Shown here one piece after another: positions 50,260-63,485 of a DNA stretch of 64,000 nt. The notes under the pieces were generated by a model. The model made no database searches, was not told the DNA's origin, and worked only from the letters and a program-made list of their open reading frames with translations. The stretch is taken from positions 62,001-126,000 of the forward strand of contig NIVC01000055.1 of the NCBI GenBank assembly GCA_002269645.1. The letters are read 5' to 3'. How positions within the stretch are numbered: the stretch's first letter is position 1; every line of letters starts with the position of its first letter. The translations under genes were made by a program, and so were the position numbers. The DNA comes from Macrostomum lignano. Lineage: Eukaryota.

Positions 50260-50517
50260 GTGTACACAAAATTGTCGGGCCTCCCGGTGGCGGTGCAGAC
50301 GGCCGTGACTCTGTCGTGCTCGTGGTACTCGTTATTTTGCCGGTGCGGTTCGATCGCCAGGCTGACAGTGGGCGGCACCGTCACGTACAGCCGCGTGGAG
50401 GCGGACATCGGCCTGAGCTCAAAGTTGAGCACCTTAGCGTGGCACTCAATCAGCAGGTTGTGCCTGGCGTCTGTGACCGACTGGCCGTCGATCTCCAGCA
50501 CCGATGTGACCGTGAAA
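50260..50517 (-). CDS. KIRREL: Kirre/Neph1-like exon (end of Ig2, start of Ig3)
   Basis: FTVTSVLEI...IECHAKV...LYVTVPPTV...AVCTATGRP. Phases consistent. Confidence 0.85.
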
Positions 50518-50725
50518 CTGGGCGGGAGAAGAGTGTGTGCGCGTGATGAATTTTCCGGGTTTTTTGGCGCCAGTTTGAATTGCAAACAAAGCGAATTAAA
50601 AATAAAATATCAACAATTGAATGTCTATCTGTCATTTTGTTTATTTAAAGCTGTTCTTTAACAGAGAGAACCGAAACATTTCATTTCTAGGAAATTTCTA
50701 TTATTAAAAGTTGCACCAGACTCAC

Positions 50726-51128
50726 AGCTTGTCCTTGAGCTCCTGCTTCTCAATCCACACGGAGCCTTTGATTGGCTGCTCAAACTGGCGCTTCTCGACC
50801 TTCTGCTTGCTGAACTCGGGCACCTGCACCCTGGCGCCGTCGCTGAATGTCCAGCTGATCGTCGCGGCCGGATTCGAACTCGCGGCCTCGCAGATGAGCT
50901 CGCCGGATTTACCAGCCGCTAGCTGGGCCGGCTGAGTCAGGCTGAGCGGCTCCAGCTTCAACGACGATGAGGAATTGATTCGCTGCATCAGTTTTAGTCC
51001 GTCCAGATTCTTCAGCACTCGGAGGAAGGCCTTCGCGGAGCCGGCGGGCCGGTTCAGGCTGGTCACCTGGCAGGTGTACTCGCCTTGGTCCCCGATGCGC
51101 AGGTCCTGGATCTTCAGGTCGTGGATGC
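50726..51128 (-). CDS. KIRREL: Kirre/Neph1-like exon (end of Ig1, start of Ig2)
   Basis: GIHDLKIQDLRIGDQGEYTCQV...GELICEAASSNPAATISW. Donor CT|GTGAGT. Confidence 0.85.
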
Positions 51129-51164
51129 CTTCGGGTGGTGTCAGTGGGTTCGGGCGAGCGGTTG

Positions 51165-51465
51165 TCTGTCTGACCGGTTGCTTGTCTCTGCGTCACCGGT
51201 TACCTGTCTCGGCCTCACCGGTTACCTGTCTCTGCCTCACCGGTTACCTGTCTCTGCCTCACCAGTTACCTGTCTCTGCCTCACCGGTTGCTTGTCTCTC
51301 TGCCTCACCGGTTGCTTTTCTCTCTGCCTCACCGGTTACCTGTCTCTGCCTCACCGGTTGGTCTCTCTGCCTCACCGGTTACCTGTCTCTGCCTCACCGG
51401 TTACCTATCTCTCTGCCTCACCGGTTGTCATTGTTCTTACCAGTTGTCAGTGTCTCTGCCTCACC
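51165..51465. repeat. 22-bp minisatellite
   Basis: CTGTCTCTGCCTCACCGGTTAC. Confidence 0.88.
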
Positions 51466-52224
51466 AGCAGTTATTTTTGACCCAATTAATTACTTCTATC
51501 TTCGTTCTTAATCTTTTAGTAATTGAATCATATTTTATTGGAAAAACGTTTGCATTTCTACTGACCACTCGCGGCCAGTAGTCAGATGCGCACCAAACGG
51601 TAAGGCAATAAATAAACATTCAGTAGACGAATTCGCCCCGAGTCCCATTCTTCTCCCAATTAACGGGAATAGTTTTGTCTCTTTTGCGCGCCCCATTCTT
51701 CAAGTCTGCGCCCGCAAGTTAAGAAACTTCATCTGAGGTCTCCCACGTTGGCTCTGCTGGACTGGCTGGACTTTCTGCAGCTTCAGTTGGAACGCAGCTC
51801 GGACACCTGAGCCCATCTGTCACGGAGCCCAGGGACAGGCGAGACAGCCCCCCCCGCCTGCGGTTTTCGTCCCGTCTTTCGCTTTCTGCTTTGGAATTTC
51901 GCTGCCACTGCTGGAGTCCCGGACCGACCCTCCCCGCTCCCTGGCATCGGCCTGTGTCTGCTGCTTCCGGCAAAGAATAAGAAAAATTCAATTTTTAATT
52001 GGTAGAAATGCGGGCAGCGGAGGACGTGAACGAATAAATGGAGATGGAGCTGAGAGGGGCGGGAAGCTGACACGGCCAAAGTGGAAAGGAAATAAAGAAA
52101 TTGAAAAGAGAAAGGAGTGGCCCAGGAGAGACCAGAAGGGAGTGAAAAGTGCTTTTAAAAGTTCTGAGAGGGGATTGCAGGGCTGAGAGAGACAAGGTTG
52201 AGAGATGAGGGGTAAGAGTGCAGA

Positions 52225-53082
52225 GTAGAGACAGCAAGGTGAGACAGAAGAGTGAGACAGTAGGGTGAGATAGTAGAGTGAGACAGTAGAGTGAGACAGT
52301 AGAGTGAGACAGTAGGGTGAGATAGTAGAGTGAGACAGTAGAGTGAGACAGTAGAGTGAGACAGTAGAGTGAGACAGTAGAGTGAGACAGTAGAGTGAGA
52401 CAGTAGAGTGAGACAGCAAGGTGAGACAGAAGAGTGAGACAGTAGGGTGAGATAGTAGAGTGAGACAGTAGAGTGAGATAGTAGAGTGAGACAGTAGAGT
52501 GAGACAGTAGAGTGAGACAGTAGAGTGAGACAGTAGAGTGAGACAGTAGAGTGAGACAGAAGAGTGAGACAGTAGAGTGAGACAGTAGAGTGAGACAGTA
52601 GAGTGAGACAGAAGAGTGAGACAGAAGAGTGAGACAGAAGAGTGAGACAGAAGAGTGAGACAGAAGAGTGAGACAGAAGAGTGAGACAGTAGAGTGAGAC
52701 AGTAGAGTGAGACAGTATAGAGTGAGACAGTAGAGTGAGACAGTAGAGTGAGACAGTAGAGTGAGACAGTAGAGTGAGACAGTAGAGTGAGACAGTAGAG
52801 TGAGACAGTATAGAGTGAGACAGTATAGAGTGAGACAGTAGAGTGAGACAGTAGAGTGAGACAGTAGAGTGAGACAGCATGGTGAGACAGTAGGGTGAGA
52901 CAGTAGAGTGAGACAGTAGAGTGAGACAGTAGAGTGAGACAGTAGAGTGAGACAGTAGGGTGAGACAGTAGAGTGAGACAGTAGAGGGAGACAGTAGAGT
53001 GAGACAGTAGAGTGAGACAGTAGAGTGAGACAGTATAGAGTGAGACAGTAGAGTGAGACAGTAGAGTGAGACAGTAGAGTGG
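52225..53082. repeat. 13-bp minisatellite
   Basis: GTGAGACAGTAGA. Confidence 0.95.
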
Positions 53083-53545
53083 GGTACAGCTGAATGGAGG
53101 CAGTCAGAGGAGGCAGGAGGGCAGCGGTGGCCAGCAGTGATGGCAGAGGCAGCTGTTGCGGGTGTCCCAGGGCAGCTGGCTCGCCCTCCGCCAGTTGGTG
53201 TACCGGGGTTCCCGCAGACAGAGGGTGGCCGTGGCGGCCAATAAGTCAGCGGTCAATTAACTCGGGAATTCCGCGCGGTCTACACCGGGGGGGGGGGACG
53301 ACATGCTTGGCGAAGGAATTTTTCAAAGGACACGCAATCCGCGGTGGAACAGACTTTCGCTGCTATTCGGCGAGTTCAACACATTCTCCGTGCTTGCATT
53401 GTTGTGCTGCAAGCGGCTGCGGTGTGAAGTGGCCTTTTTTAGTGCGTTGGGGTGGCTGCTGGGCTGAACACCGGAAATCTATTAGGTAATTTTTTTGCGC
53501 TGAGATTTTTTGTGACTACATAATTGTAGATTACCGATCAGGATT

Positions 53546-54427
53546 AGAGTCTACCCAGGTCTAAGTAGAGTCCACCCATATCAAAGTAGCGTCTACCCAT
53601 ATCAAAGTAGCGTCTACCCAGATCAAAGTAGAGACTACCCAGATCAGAATAGAATCTACCCAGATCAAAGTAGAGTCTACCCAGATTAGAATAGATTCTA
53701 TCCATATCAAAGTAGCGTCTACCCAGATCAAAGTAGAGTCTACCCAGATCAAAGTAGAGTCTACCCAAATCAAAGTAGAGTCTACCCACATCAAAGTAGA
53801 GTCTACCCACATCAAAGTAGAGTCTACCCAGATAAGAATAAAGTCTACCCATATCAGAATAGAGTCTACCCACATCAAAGTAGAGTCTACCCAGATTAGA
53901 ATAGATTCTATCCATATCAAAGTAGCGTCTACCCATATCAAAGTAGAGTCTACCCAGATTAGATTAGAATAGAGTCCACCCATATCAAAGTAGAGTATAC
54001 CCATATCAAAGTAGCGTCTACCCAAATCAAAGTAGAGTCTATCCATATCAAAGTAGCGTCTACCCAGATCAAAGTAGATTCTATCCATATCAAAGTAGCG
54101 TCTACCCAGATCAAAGTAGAGTATACCCATATCAAAGTAGAGTATACCCATATCAAAGTAGATTCTATCCATATCAAAGTAGCGTCTACCCAGATCAAAG
54201 TAGAGTATACCCATATCAAAGTAGCGTCTACCCAAATCAAAGTAGAGTCTATCCATATCAAAGTAGCGTCTACCCAGATCAAAGTAGATTCTATCCATAT
54301 CAAAGTAGCGTCTACCCAGATCAAAGTAGAGTATATCCATATCAAAGTAGAGTATACCCATATCAAAGTAGAGTCTACCCAGATCAAATTAGAGTCTACC
54401 CAGATCAAAGTAGCGTCTACCCAGATC
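53546..54427. repeat. 21-bp minisatellite
   Basis: GAGTCTACCCAGATCAAAGTA. Confidence 0.93.
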
Positions 54428-55034
54428 CTGTCGTTTCTAAGGGTTTCCAGCACAGTAGGGCCAGCGTATTACCTAATGGCACCTGCAGGTTAAGCAGAGT
54501 TGGCCGTGGATAGTAAGCAAAGCTGCAAGTGCTGCTTGCGTAATCTTTTAAAGCCACCTGGCACTACATGTTGGTCAAGCCATTTCCATAAATTTCCTGC
54601 TTCTATTCCATGATGAGAATCTCGTTCAATTAAGAAAAAAATTTTCGGGCACAGAATCCCAAGCCCCCCCCCATCCCCCGAAAAAATCAATAGGTATTTT
54701 CGCGCACAAGTGAGCACTAGGGGGGGGAGGGGTGGCTCCGTGAGACCGAGGGGCCGAGTCCTTGCGGGACAAATATCCTCATGTCATGCCGCATCGATCC
54801 GCAGGGTCCCAGGACAAATAATGTAGCTGAGGAAAAGTATTTCTTGTATCGCCACTATTGAATAGAGAATTCCTTCATTTGGGGATCAGAAGTGAGGGGC
54901 AGGGGGGAGGCTATGATTAAAGAGGCTGAGGGATTCTTTGTGCTGCAGAAGTTCGAGCAGATACAGATCAATTGCAGAGCTTTTGGCGCGCATACCGTTA
55001 TGGATATGATGGCTGTCTGAGAGGGCTGAGACAT

Positions 55035-56612
55035 GAGAGAGATGGGAAGGGGTGAGATTGGAACTGTGAGATATAGGAAGGGGTGAGATTGGAACTGTGA
55101 GATATAGGAAGGGGTGAGATTGGAACTGTGAGATATAGGAAGGGGTGAGATTGGAACTGTGAGATATGGGAAGGGGTGAGATTGGAACTGTGAGATATGG
55201 GAAGGGGTGAGATTGGAACTGTGAGATATGGGAAGGAGTGAGATTGGAACTGTGAGATATGGGAAGGAGTGAGATTGGAACTGTGAGATATGGGAAGGAG
55301 TGAGATTGGAACTGTGAGATATGGGAAGGGGTGAGATTGGAACTGTGAGATATGGGAAGGAGTGAGATTGGAACTGTGAGATATGGGAAGGGGTGAGATT
55401 GGAACTGTGAGATATGGGAAGGGGTGAGATTGGAACTGTGAGATATGGGAAGGAGTGAGATTGAAACTGTCAGATATGGGAAGGGGTGAGATTGGAACTG
55501 TGAGATATGGGAAGGGGTGAGATTGGAACTGTGAGATATGGGAGGGGTGAGATTGGAACTTTGAGATATGGGAAAGGGTGAGATTGGAACTGTGAGATAT
55601 GGGAAGGGGTGAGATTGGAACTGTGAGATATGGGAAGGGGTGAGATTGGAACTGTGAGATATAGGAAGGGGTGAGATTGGAACTGTGAGATATGGGAAAG
55701 GGTGAGATTGGAACTGTGAGATATGGGAAGGGGTGAGATTGGAACTGTGAGATATGGGAAGGAGTGAGATTGGAACTGTGAGATATGGGAAGGGGTGAGA
55801 TTGGAACTGTGAGATATGGGAAGGAGTGAGATTGGAACTGTGAGATATTGGAAAGGGTGAGATTGGAACTGTGAGATATGGGAAAGGGTGAGATTGGAAC
55901 TGTGAGATATGGGAAGGGGTGAGATTGGAACTGTGAGATATGGGAAGGGGTGAGATTGGAACTGTGAGATATGGGAAAGGGTGAGATTGGAACTGTGAGA
56001 TATGGGAAGGGGTGAGATTGGAACTGTGAGATATGGGAAAGGGTGAGATTGGAACTGTGAGATATGGGAAGGAGTGAGATTGGAACTGTGAGACATAGGA
56101 AGGGGTGAGATTGGAACTGTGGGATATAGGAAGGGGTGAGATTGGAACTGTGAGATATGGGAAGGGGTGAGATTGGAACTGTGAGATATGGGAAGGGCTG
56201 AGATTGGAACTGTGAGATATGGGAAGGGGTGAGATTGGAACTGTGAGATATGGGAAGGAGTGAGATTGGAACTGTGAGATATGGGAAGGAGTGAGATTGG
56301 AACTGTGAGATATGGGAAGGAGTGAGATTGGAACTGTGAGATATGGGAAGGAGTGAGATTGGAACTGTGAGATATGGGAAGGGGTGAGATTGGAACTGTG
56401 AGATATGGGAAGGAGTGAGATTGGAACTGTGAGATATGGGAAGGGGTGAGATTGGAACTGTGAGATATGGGAAGGGGTGAGATTGGAACTGTGAGATATG
56501 GGAAGGAGTGAGATTGAAACTGTCAGATATGGGAAGGGGTGAGATTGGAACTGTGAGATATGGGAAGGGGTGAGATTGGAACTGTGAGATATGGGAGGGG
56601 TGAGATTGGAAA
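55035..56612. repeat. 31-bp minisatellite (about 50 copies)
   Basis: GAGATATGGGAAGGGGTGAGATTGGAACTGT. Confidence 0.96.
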
Positions 56613-57231
56613 TTAGAGAGACAGGAAGGTTAAGAGATAGATTTTGTGAAGTAATTATAAAGCTTGAGACAATTCAGATGAGATTAAGAACCTGTGCAAG
56701 ATAGAGGACAGCCTTAGCTTTCTGAGATTCTAACATAAAAAGCTTAACGGAAAACGAGTTATAAATAAATATATTTCGTAGCGCACGCCTCAAAGATCGT
56801 GGAACATAACTGTCAATATGAGTTCCCTCTTTATTGGGCCACTTTGGGAGCTGGCAGTGTATGAGGAAGAATTAGATTCGCATGAGTTGATCCCCAAACT
56901 AAAATCCCATTTCAAAGAGGATTTGCTGTCTCTAAATACGATCTGTGGACATTGGGAGACGAGCTGCAGCCACTGCCAGATGCGATTTTCTCTGAGGGGA
57001 GCTGGGAGAGGTCAGTAGGGGAGCGAATGAAGCGATCTGGGGAGCAGGGAGAAAAGTGAAGCGTGAAAAATTGCCATCACGGCTCAAAAATGGTTTGTTA
57101 AGCAAAATTTTATTTATGTTTGTTGAAGAGATTTGCTGCTGTTTGACCGAATTACCGCGACAGCCTGCCATGTCAGTGAGAACTTGACTCATAAAGGGCT
57201 TAGAGCTGGGTTTAGGGTTGGAGTTAAAGTT

Positions 57232-57598
57232 AGGAGAGGGAGAAGAGGAGAGACGGAGAGAGGGAGGAAGGGAGGAAGAGAAGAATCCAGAGGGGAGAGA
57301 GGAGAGAGTGGCGGAGAGAGAGAGTAGGAAAGAGGGAGAGGGGAGAGAGGGCGAGACAAGGAGAGTGGGAGAGACAAGGAGAGGGGGAGAGAAGGAGAGT
57401 GGGAGAGAGAGAAGGAGAGAGGGAAAGAGAGAGGAAAAGAGAAGGAGGGAGGGAGAGACAAAGAGAGTGGGAGAGAGATGAAGAGTGGGAGAGAGGAGAG
57501 AAGGGGACAGAGAAGGAGATCGAGAGAGAGAAGGAGAGAGGAGAGAGGAAGAGAGGGAGAGAGAGGGAGATGGGGTAAAGGAGATGAAGAGCGGGAGA
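57232..57598. repeat. GA-rich low-complexity tract
   Basis: Direct reading. Confidence 0.85.
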
Positions 57599-58104
57599 TG
57601 CTGGTGTTCACAAAGAAGAGCACATGAGCGCCAGAAGTTATTCAGCACATTCCAGCCAAGGGCGGTGGCTCTCACATTGCGACGATTCGAATACAAAAAA
57701 GCAAATGCAAAGCTTTTGCTGCAGCAGCAACAGCAGCAAAAGTTGCGCCCAGGGCAGCAGCTGATTCGCATTGGAAAGTCTAATTTGAAACAGCCGAACG
57801 GGGTCGCATTCTAGTTAGACTTGGCCAGATCCCAGAAACTTTGCACGCCTGGCTGAGGAGAAAAAGAGGATACCCATGAAGAAGGAGGCTGGAAGTCCGA
57901 GGTCTGTCTGCAGGGAAACAGAGAGGCTGGGACCCACTTTGTTAGGTGGCGGCAGCAGCTGCCGAAGTCACTCAGCAACTCTCGAGGTGGCTTTCGCGCC
58001 AAAACTGCTTTGTTGAACCGAAAAACTTTCACAGTGAGGAAAGACTATGAGTGACAGGCGGCCCGCACTTGAAGTTGGTTTTGACACTGGCTTTGTTGTA
58101 TTAT

Positions 58105-59514
58105 CCCAGTGTCTCACCCTTCTGGTCCCAGTGTCTCACCCTTCTGTCCCAGTGTCTCACCCTTCTGTCCCAGTGTTTCACCCTTCTATCCCAGTGTCTC
58201 ACCCTTCCATCCCAGTGTCTCACCCTTCTGTCCCAGTGTCTCACCCTTCTGGTCCCAGTGTCTTCTGGTCCCAGTGTCTCACCCTTCTGGTCCCAGTGTC
58301 TCACCCTTCTATCCCAGTGTCTCACCCTTCTGTCCCAGTGTCTCACCCTTCTGGTCCCAGTGTCTCACCCTTCTGGTCCCAGTGTCTCACCCTTCTATCC
58401 CAGTGTCTCACCCTTGTATCCCAGTGTCTCACCCTTCTGATCCCAGTGTCTCACCCTTGTATCCCAGTGTCTCACCCTTCTGATCCCAGTGTCTCACCCT
58501 TCTGGTCCCAGTGTCTCACCCTTCTGGTCCCAGTGTCTCACCCTTCTATCCCAGTGTCTCACCCTTCTGTCCCAGTGTCTCACGACTCTCACCCTTCTGT
58601 CCGAGTGTCTCACCCTTCTATCCCAGTGTCTCACCCTTCTGTCCCAGTGTCTCACCCTTCTGTCCCAGTGTTTCACCCTTCTATCCCAGTGTCTCACCCT
58701 TCTGTCCCAGTGTCTCACCCTTCTGGTCCCAGTGTCTCACCCTTCTGGTCCCAGTGTCTCACCCTTCTGTCCGAGTGTCTCACCCTTCTATTCCAGTGTC
58801 TCACCCTTCTATCCCAGTGTCTCACCCTTCTGGTCCCAGTGTCTCCACCCTTCACCCTTCTATCTCAGTGTCTCACCCTTCTGGTCCCAGTGTCTCACCC
58901 TTCTGTCCGAGTGTCTCACCCTTCTATCCCAGTGTCTCACCCTTCTGGTCCCAGTGTCTCACCCTTCTGTCCGAGTGACTCACCCTTCTATTCCAGTGTC
59001 TCACCCTTCTATCCCAGTGTCTCACCCTTCTGGTCCCAGTGTCTCCACCCTTCACCCTTCTATCTCAGTGTCTCACCCTTCTGGTCCCAGTGTCTCACCC
59101 TTCTGTCCGAGTGTCTCACCCTTCTATCCCAGTGTCTCACCCTTCTGTCCCAGTGTCTCACCCTTCTGTCCGAGTGTCTCACCCTTCTATCCCAGTGTCT
59201 CACCCTTCTGGTCCCAGTGTCTCACCCTTCTATCCCAATGTCTCACCTTTCTATCCCAGTGTCTCACCCTTCTATCCCAATGTCTCACCTTTCTATCCCA
59301 GTGTCTCCACCCTTCACCCTTCTATCTCAGTGTCTCACTCTTCTACCTTTATCTCACTGTCTCACTTTTCAACCGTTCAGTCTCAGCCTTCGACCCTTCA
59401 GTCTCAGCCTTCGACCCTTCAGTCTCAGCCTTCAACCTTTTAGTCTCCCCCCTTCAACCCTTCAGTCTCAGCCTTGAAACCTTTCAGTCTCAACCTTCAA
59501 TCCTTCAGTCTCAC
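58105..59514. repeat. 21/22-bp minisatellite beginning at a Kirre-like splice donor
   Basis: CCCAGTGTCTCACCCTTCTGT, grading into TTCAGTCTCA... units next to the exon. Confidence 0.95.
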
Positions 59515-59733
59515 CCTTCTCCGGCACCCTCAGATACTGGTAGCGGCTGTCGGTTGGCGGGATTCCCGCGGTCGCCACGATCACGCCATCTCTGTGCCAG
59601 ATGACGCGAGCTGAGGTCTCCAGCTGAGTTCGGCAGGGCAGGATCACGGATTCCCTTTCCAGCATCGTCTGGTCCTCGGGCCCGGCGGTCACCACGGAGC
59701 AGCGGATTCCGCGAGTCAGCAGCGACAGCAGGA
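59515..59733 (-). CDS. KIRREL: Kirre/Neph1-family Ig adhesion protein, exon with signal peptide end and first half of Ig1
   Basis: Acceptor TTGCAG|; LLSLLTRGIRCSVVTAGPEDQ...ILPC...VIWHRDG...YLRVPEKG. Donor G|GTGAGA phase 1. Confidence 0.8.
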
Positions 59734-59859
59734 CTGCAAGATTGTAAATTGTTTAATTCGCGATAGAGTTGGTCGAGTAGACGGTTGCTTATGAGTCTCA
59801 ACAGTCAGAGCGAGTCTCCCTCAACGAAATCACAACTTTTCAGAAATGTTACCCATTAA

Positions 59860-60020
59860 CGAATCTCACCCTCAACAAATCTCACCCTTAGCGAATCTCA
59901 CCCTTAACGAATCTCACCCTTAACGAATCTCACCCTCAACAAATCTCACCCTTAGCGAATCTCACCCCTCTAAATAATCGCATCTTTTCACGCGATTTTC
60001 GCGATCGAATCTCACCCCTG
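59860..60020. repeat. Short 17-18-bp array
   Basis: GAATCTCACCCTTAAC/AGC. Confidence 0.8.
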
Positions 60021-60509
60021 CATCTCCTGTTCAGCGTATTCATACAGTATCAAATAGCCAGGCTTCCCAAATCCTGTATATGGAAGTCGGGGGTCAACAA
60101 AGCCCCGAGGTCAGCAAACTTACTGCTTTCAATCACCTGGTCGTACGCAAAAGTGCGAGAGTGAAATTAATACTAAGTGAGTTAAACAGAGTCACTATTT
60201 GTGAATCAAGTAACACTCGAGCTATCGGCCCCATGCGGCAGAACTGACTCCACTTGATACTTCGTAGGAATTCCGATTGCTATCATAACACTGTCTGGTC
60301 CGCCAGTCTGTCTGCCTCCTACCAAACTTAGGGTCAAGTTTTATTTGTTCAGCGAGTCTGCAGCTGATTTCTGTCATTATTATCTCCTGGATGGCGATTC
60401 ATGCTGGCACTGCGGAGAGGCAGCTTAGCGCTCACTGCTATTCTAAATATGCGATATTGTTTTAATGTACTCCTGACTGGCAGTATGAGATTTGGATTGA
60501 TTTTCACTA

Positions 60510-60868
60510 GGGGGATCAGAGAGGGGGAATCAGGGAGGGGGGAATCAGACAGGGGGAATCAGGGAGGGGGAATCAGGGAGGGGAATCAGAGAAGGGGAAT
60601 TAGAGAAGGGAATCAGGGATGGGGAATCAGTGAGGGGGATAAGGGAGGGGGAATCAAAGAAGGGGAATCAGGGAGGGCGAACTAGGGAGGGGAATCGGGG
60701 AGTGAGAATCAGAGAGGGGGAATCAGAGAGGGGGAATCAGAGAGGGGGAATCAGAGAGGGGGAATCAGAGAGGGGGAATCAGAGAGGGGAAATCAGAGAG
60801 GGGGAATCAGGGAGGGGGGAATCAGATAGGGGGGAATCAGAGAGGGGAATCAGACAGGGAGAATCAGA
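60510..60868. repeat. About 14-bp minisatellite
   Basis: AGAGAGGGGGAATC. Confidence 0.88.
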
Positions 60869-60928
60869 CATCAGAGTCAGAAACTCTGTTAATAATTCAT
60901 ATTCCGATCTAAGCACAGCCAGACTCAC

Positions 60929-60941
60929 TTTTGCCGCACAT
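60929..60941 (-). CDS. Kirre/Neph-like gene, candidate first coding exon (MCGK...)
   Basis: ATG TGC GGC AAA A|GTGAGT is a phase-1 donor. Joined to 59733 it gives the signal-peptide-like MCGKILLSLLTRGIRCS. An upstream start at 61097 is also in frame. Confidence 0.3.
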
Positions 60942-61282
60942 TTGCCAACTATAATTAGCAGTTTTCACGCACTGGGATTTCAACGTTGAATAGTTATAGA
61001 AAAAAGGGGAGAATAGGAAGGGAGTGAGGGATGCTGAAGTCGGACTCATCTGTGCCCATGAATGCAACCAAATATTCATTTGCAGAGCGCAGTTCATGTC
61101 AGTAAAACTGAAAATAAAAGTGCAACAGATGCCCTCCCAGAGGACTGAGGGGCCGATGTGGGATGGGAGTTCCGTGTAAAACCTGCTGGATGAGTGACTG
61201 GGTGGCCTCGGTCTGTGCGCGTCACGGCTCCGTCAGATCCTTTTGGCTTAAAGTCTTTGATATATAAATTTAATAGGAGTAT

Positions 61283-63485
61283 CACTGCCCCACCTGGAAC
61301 CTCACTGTCTCCCCTGGAACCTCACTGTCTCCCCTGGAACCTCACTGTTTCCCCTGGAACCTCACTGTCTCCCCTGGAACCTCACTGTCTCCCCTGGAAC
61401 CTCACTGCCTCCCCTGGAACCTCACTGTCTCCCCTGGAACCTCACTGTCTCCCCTGGAACCTCACTGTCTCCCCTGGAACCTCACTGTCTCCCCTGGAAC
61501 CTCACTGTCTCCCCTGGAACCTCACTGTCTCCCCTGGAACCTCACTGTCTCCCCTGGAACCTCACTGTCTCCCCTGGAACCTCACTGTCTCCCCTGGAAC
61601 CTCACTGTCTCCCCTGGAACCTCACTGTCTCCCCTGGAACCTCACTGTCTCCCCTGGAACCTCACTGTCTCCCTTGGAACCTCACTGTCTCCCTGGAACC
61701 TCACTGTCTCCCCTGGAACCTCACTGTCTCCCCTGGAACCTCACTGTCACCCCTGGAACCTCACTGTCTCCCCTGGAACCTCACTGCCTCCCCTGGAACC
61801 TCACTGTCTCCCCTGGAACCTCACTGTCTCCCCTGGAACCTCACTGTCTCCCCTGGAACCTCACTGTCTCCCCTGGAACCTCACTGTCTCCCCTGGAACC
61901 TCACTGTCTTCCCTGGAACCTCACTGTCTACCCTGGAACCTCACTGTCTCCCCTGGAACCTCACTGTCTTCCCTGGAACCTCACTGTCTCCCCTGGAACC
62001 TCACTGTCTTCCCTGGAACCTCACTGTCTCCCCTGGAACCTCACTGTCTCCCCTGGAACCTCACTGTCTCCCCTGGAACCTCACTGTCTCCCCTGGAACC
62101 TCACTGTCTCCCCTGGAACCTCACTGTCTCCCCTGGAACCTCACTGTATCCCCTGGAACCTCACTGTTTCCCCTGGAACCTCACTGTCTCCCCTGGAACC
62201 TCACTGTCTCCCCTGGAACCTCACTGTCTCCCCTGGAACCTCACTGTTTCCCCTGGAACCTCACTGTTTCCCCTGGAACCTCACTGTCTCCCCTGGAACC
62301 TCACTGCCTCACATGGAACCTCACTGTCTCCCCTGGAACCTCACTGCCTCACCTGGAACCTCACTGTCTCCCCTGGAACCTCACTGTCTCCCTGGAACCT
62401 CACTGTCTCCCCTGGAACCTCACTGTCTCCCCTGGAACCTCACTGTCTCCCCTGGAACCTCACTGTCTCCCCTGGAACCTCACTGTCTCCCCTGGAACCT
62501 CACTGTCTCCCCTGGAACCTCACTGTCTCCCCTGGAACCTCACTGTCTCCCCTGGAACCTCACTGTCTCCCCTGGAACCTCACTGTCTTCCCTGGAACCT
62601 CACTGTCTCCCCTGGAACCTCACTGTCTCCCCTCACTGTCTCCCCTGGAACCTCACTGTCTCCCCTGGAACCTCACTGTCTCCCCTGGAACCTCACTGTC
62701 TCCCCTGGAACCTCACTGTCTCCCCTGGAACCTCACTGTTTCCCCTGGAACCTCACTGTCTCCCCTGGAACCTCACTGTCTCCCCTGGAACCTCACTGTC
62801 TCCCCTGGAACCTCACTGTCTCCCCTGGAACCTCACTGCCTCACCTGGAACCTCACTGTCTCCCCTGGAACCTCACTGTCTCCCCTGGAACCTCACTGCC
62901 TCACCTGGAACCTCACTGTTTCCCCTGGAACCTCACTGTCTCCCCTGGAACCTCACTGTCTCTCCTGGAACCTCACTGTCTCTCCTGGAACCTCACTGTC
63001 TCCCCTGGAACCTCACTGTCTCCCCTGGAACCTCACTGTCTCCCCTGGAACCTCACTGTCCCCCCTGGAACCTCACTGTCTCCACTGGAACCTCACTGTC
63101 TCCCCTGGAACCTCACTGTCTCCCCTGGAACCTCACTGTCTCCCCTGGAACCTCACTGTCTCCCCTGGAACCTCACTGTCTCCCCTGGAACCTCACTGTC
63201 TCCCCTGGAACCTTACTGTCTCCCCTGGAACCTCACTGTCTCCCCTGGAACCTCACTGTCTCCCCTGGAACCTCACTGTCTCCCCTGGAACCTCACTGTC
63301 TCCCCTGGAACCTCACTGTCTCCCCTGGAACCTCACTGTCTCCCCTGGAACCTCACTGTCTCCCCTGGAACCTCACTGTCTCCCCTGGAACCTCACTGCC
63401 TCACCTGGAACCTCACTGTCTCCCCTGGAACCTCACTGTCTCCCCTGGAACCTCACTGTCTCCCCTGGAACCTCACTGCCTCCCC
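61283..63485. repeat. 20-bp minisatellite (about 110 copies)
   Basis: CCCCTGGAACCTCACTGTCT. Confidence 0.97.
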
